From positions 1-24,531 of the IMG/VR virus record IMGVR_UViG_3300011338_000007: DNA of 24,531 bases. One strand, given 5' to 3'. A program made the translations under genes and the position numbers. The notes beneath the pieces are model-generated. The model searched no databases. It was not told the origin of the DNA and was given only the letters and a program-made list of their open reading frames with translations. Source of the stretch: a virus. Its lineage: Duplodnaviria > Caudoviricetes. How positions within the stretch are numbered: the first letter of the stretch is position 1; every line of letters starts with the position of its first letter. Below, one piece after another: positions 23,573-24,531 of the stretch.

Positions 23573-24531
23573 ATACGCTCCTCTTTATGTTGTATCTCGT
23601 AGTCCCACAGCTCATCAAGTGTGATGGTTTGTAGGGTCTTGCCCTTGGGCGGTGTCTGATCTTTTGCCTCGTTTATGTAGGCCACTGCAAGCATTCTAAA
23701 CGCATCTGCGGGGTGTGAGCACCAGTCATGGCGTGGAGCTTCACGAAAAGTTTTCCTATCTTCATCATATTCCCTTTGGTACTGTCTGAGTGCCTCTAAT
23801 CCCTCATCACATCTAGAATCAAAATAGCAACTTGGCAAAACTAGCCGCACCGCTTGTATGCCGTCCTGTATGCCAAGATTAGGCACTATGGCTAATTTGC
23901 TCATACCGCCTAAATGTGCAGCCAATTGCTCAATAATAGACTTTCCCCCCGAGGCCAACGTCTTTGCCCTTGCGTCATGCGGTAAGTAATGGCGGGTATA
24001 TCGGTATCCCTTGGCGTTAACTACATTGGCTATTTCTTCAATGCTTGCCCCTGATACGGCGTAAAAGTCCATTACCCTGATTTCGTTTCTGACTACCTGA
24101 TACCACCAAATGGCGGTGTCATCCCGATAACCTAAGTCCCATGCGGTGAAAACAGGCGATTCAGGCTCAAAAGGTATTTCTCTAATCCTGCCCTCATCTT
24201 GCGCTTGGCGCATCTCTTGCCCCCAAAACGCCCCAAGAATAGCCGCATCAAAACTGCATTCATACTCTTGGTCGTATTGATCTTGGCTTAATTGCGCCCT
24301 TGCCGCTTGCAATTCTGAGTCGGGTAATAGCCTAGACACTGAGGCGGGTAGCCTTAACAGAAACCAATCCGGCACTACTTGGCTAACCTTGTAGATGTCG
24401 TGAAACTGGTTTTTGCCCTTTGGCGTACCCCCAAACACCGCCCAACCTAGCCGGTCTGACAATGTGGGGCGTATGACATTTCCCCACCCACTAGGCTTAA
24501 AGTCGCCGTATTCATCCAGGTAAACGCCGGT
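23569..24531 (-). CDS. terL: Terminase large subunit (5'-truncated by window edge)
   Basis: Frame is open to the window end: GVYLDEY (Walker B), GGTPKG (coupling motif), QEYECSF, RNase H-like nuclease WDLGYRD and HDWCSHPADAFR. Confidence 0.95.
   Translation of the reverse strand, partial: TGVYLDEYGDFKPSGWGNVIRPTLSDRLGWAVFGGTPKGKNQFHDIYKVSQVVPDWFLLRLPASVSRLLPDSELQAARAQLSQDQYDQEYECSFDAAILGAFWGQEMRQAQDEGRIREIPFEPESPVFTAWDLGYRDDTAIWWYQVVRNEIRVMDFYAVSGASIEEIANVVNAKGYRYTRHYLPHDARAKTLASGGKSIIEQLAAHLGGMSKLAIVPNLGIQDGIQAVRLVLPSCYFDSRCDEGLEALRQYQREYDEDRKTFREAPRHDWCSHPADAFRMLAVAYINEAKDQTPPKGKTLQTITLDELWDYEIQHKEERI

Larger units (their letters stand above)
1..24531. mobile_element. Tailed dsDNA bacteriophage genome segment (podovirus-type morphogenesis and lysis operon plus end of a convergent small-gene cluster)
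   Basis: Gene order terminase-portal-scaffold-capsid-adaptor-nozzle-ejection-fibre-holin-endolysin. Nearly all genes abut or overlap (ATGA/TAATG junctions). No host housekeeping genes. Confidence 0.96.

Overview
This is a gene-dense fragment of a tailed dsDNA phage genome (Caudoviricetes). It looks like a short-tailed podovirus: P22-like portal, tail adaptor and nozzle, ejection proteins, and no tape measure or tail tube. The minus strand (24531 to 1268) is one continuous late operon. In order it encodes the terminase large subunit (cut by the window edge), portal, two accessory fibre/adaptor-like genes, scaffold, major capsid protein, a Ser/Thr-rich decoration protein and an intrinsic terminator. 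A three-gene glycan-modification cassette follows (Maf/DUF115-like + GT-B fusion, SAM methyltransferase, second Maf/DUF115-like protein). The operon continues with the tail adaptor, two small basic proteins, tail nozzle, GNAT acetyltransferase, four ejection proteins, tail fibre with chaperone, three membrane proteins, a 3TM holin and an M15 endolysin. The plus strand (1-1398) holds the end of a convergent cluster of small hypothetical genes. The most notable element is the glycosyltransferase/methyltransferase cassette inside the morphogenesis operon, a candidate virion glycosylation system built on flagellin-glycosylation (Maf)-type enzymes. All family assignments come from motif recognition by eye, not from database searches. 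No tRNA, rRNA, CRISPR array or integrase was seen.
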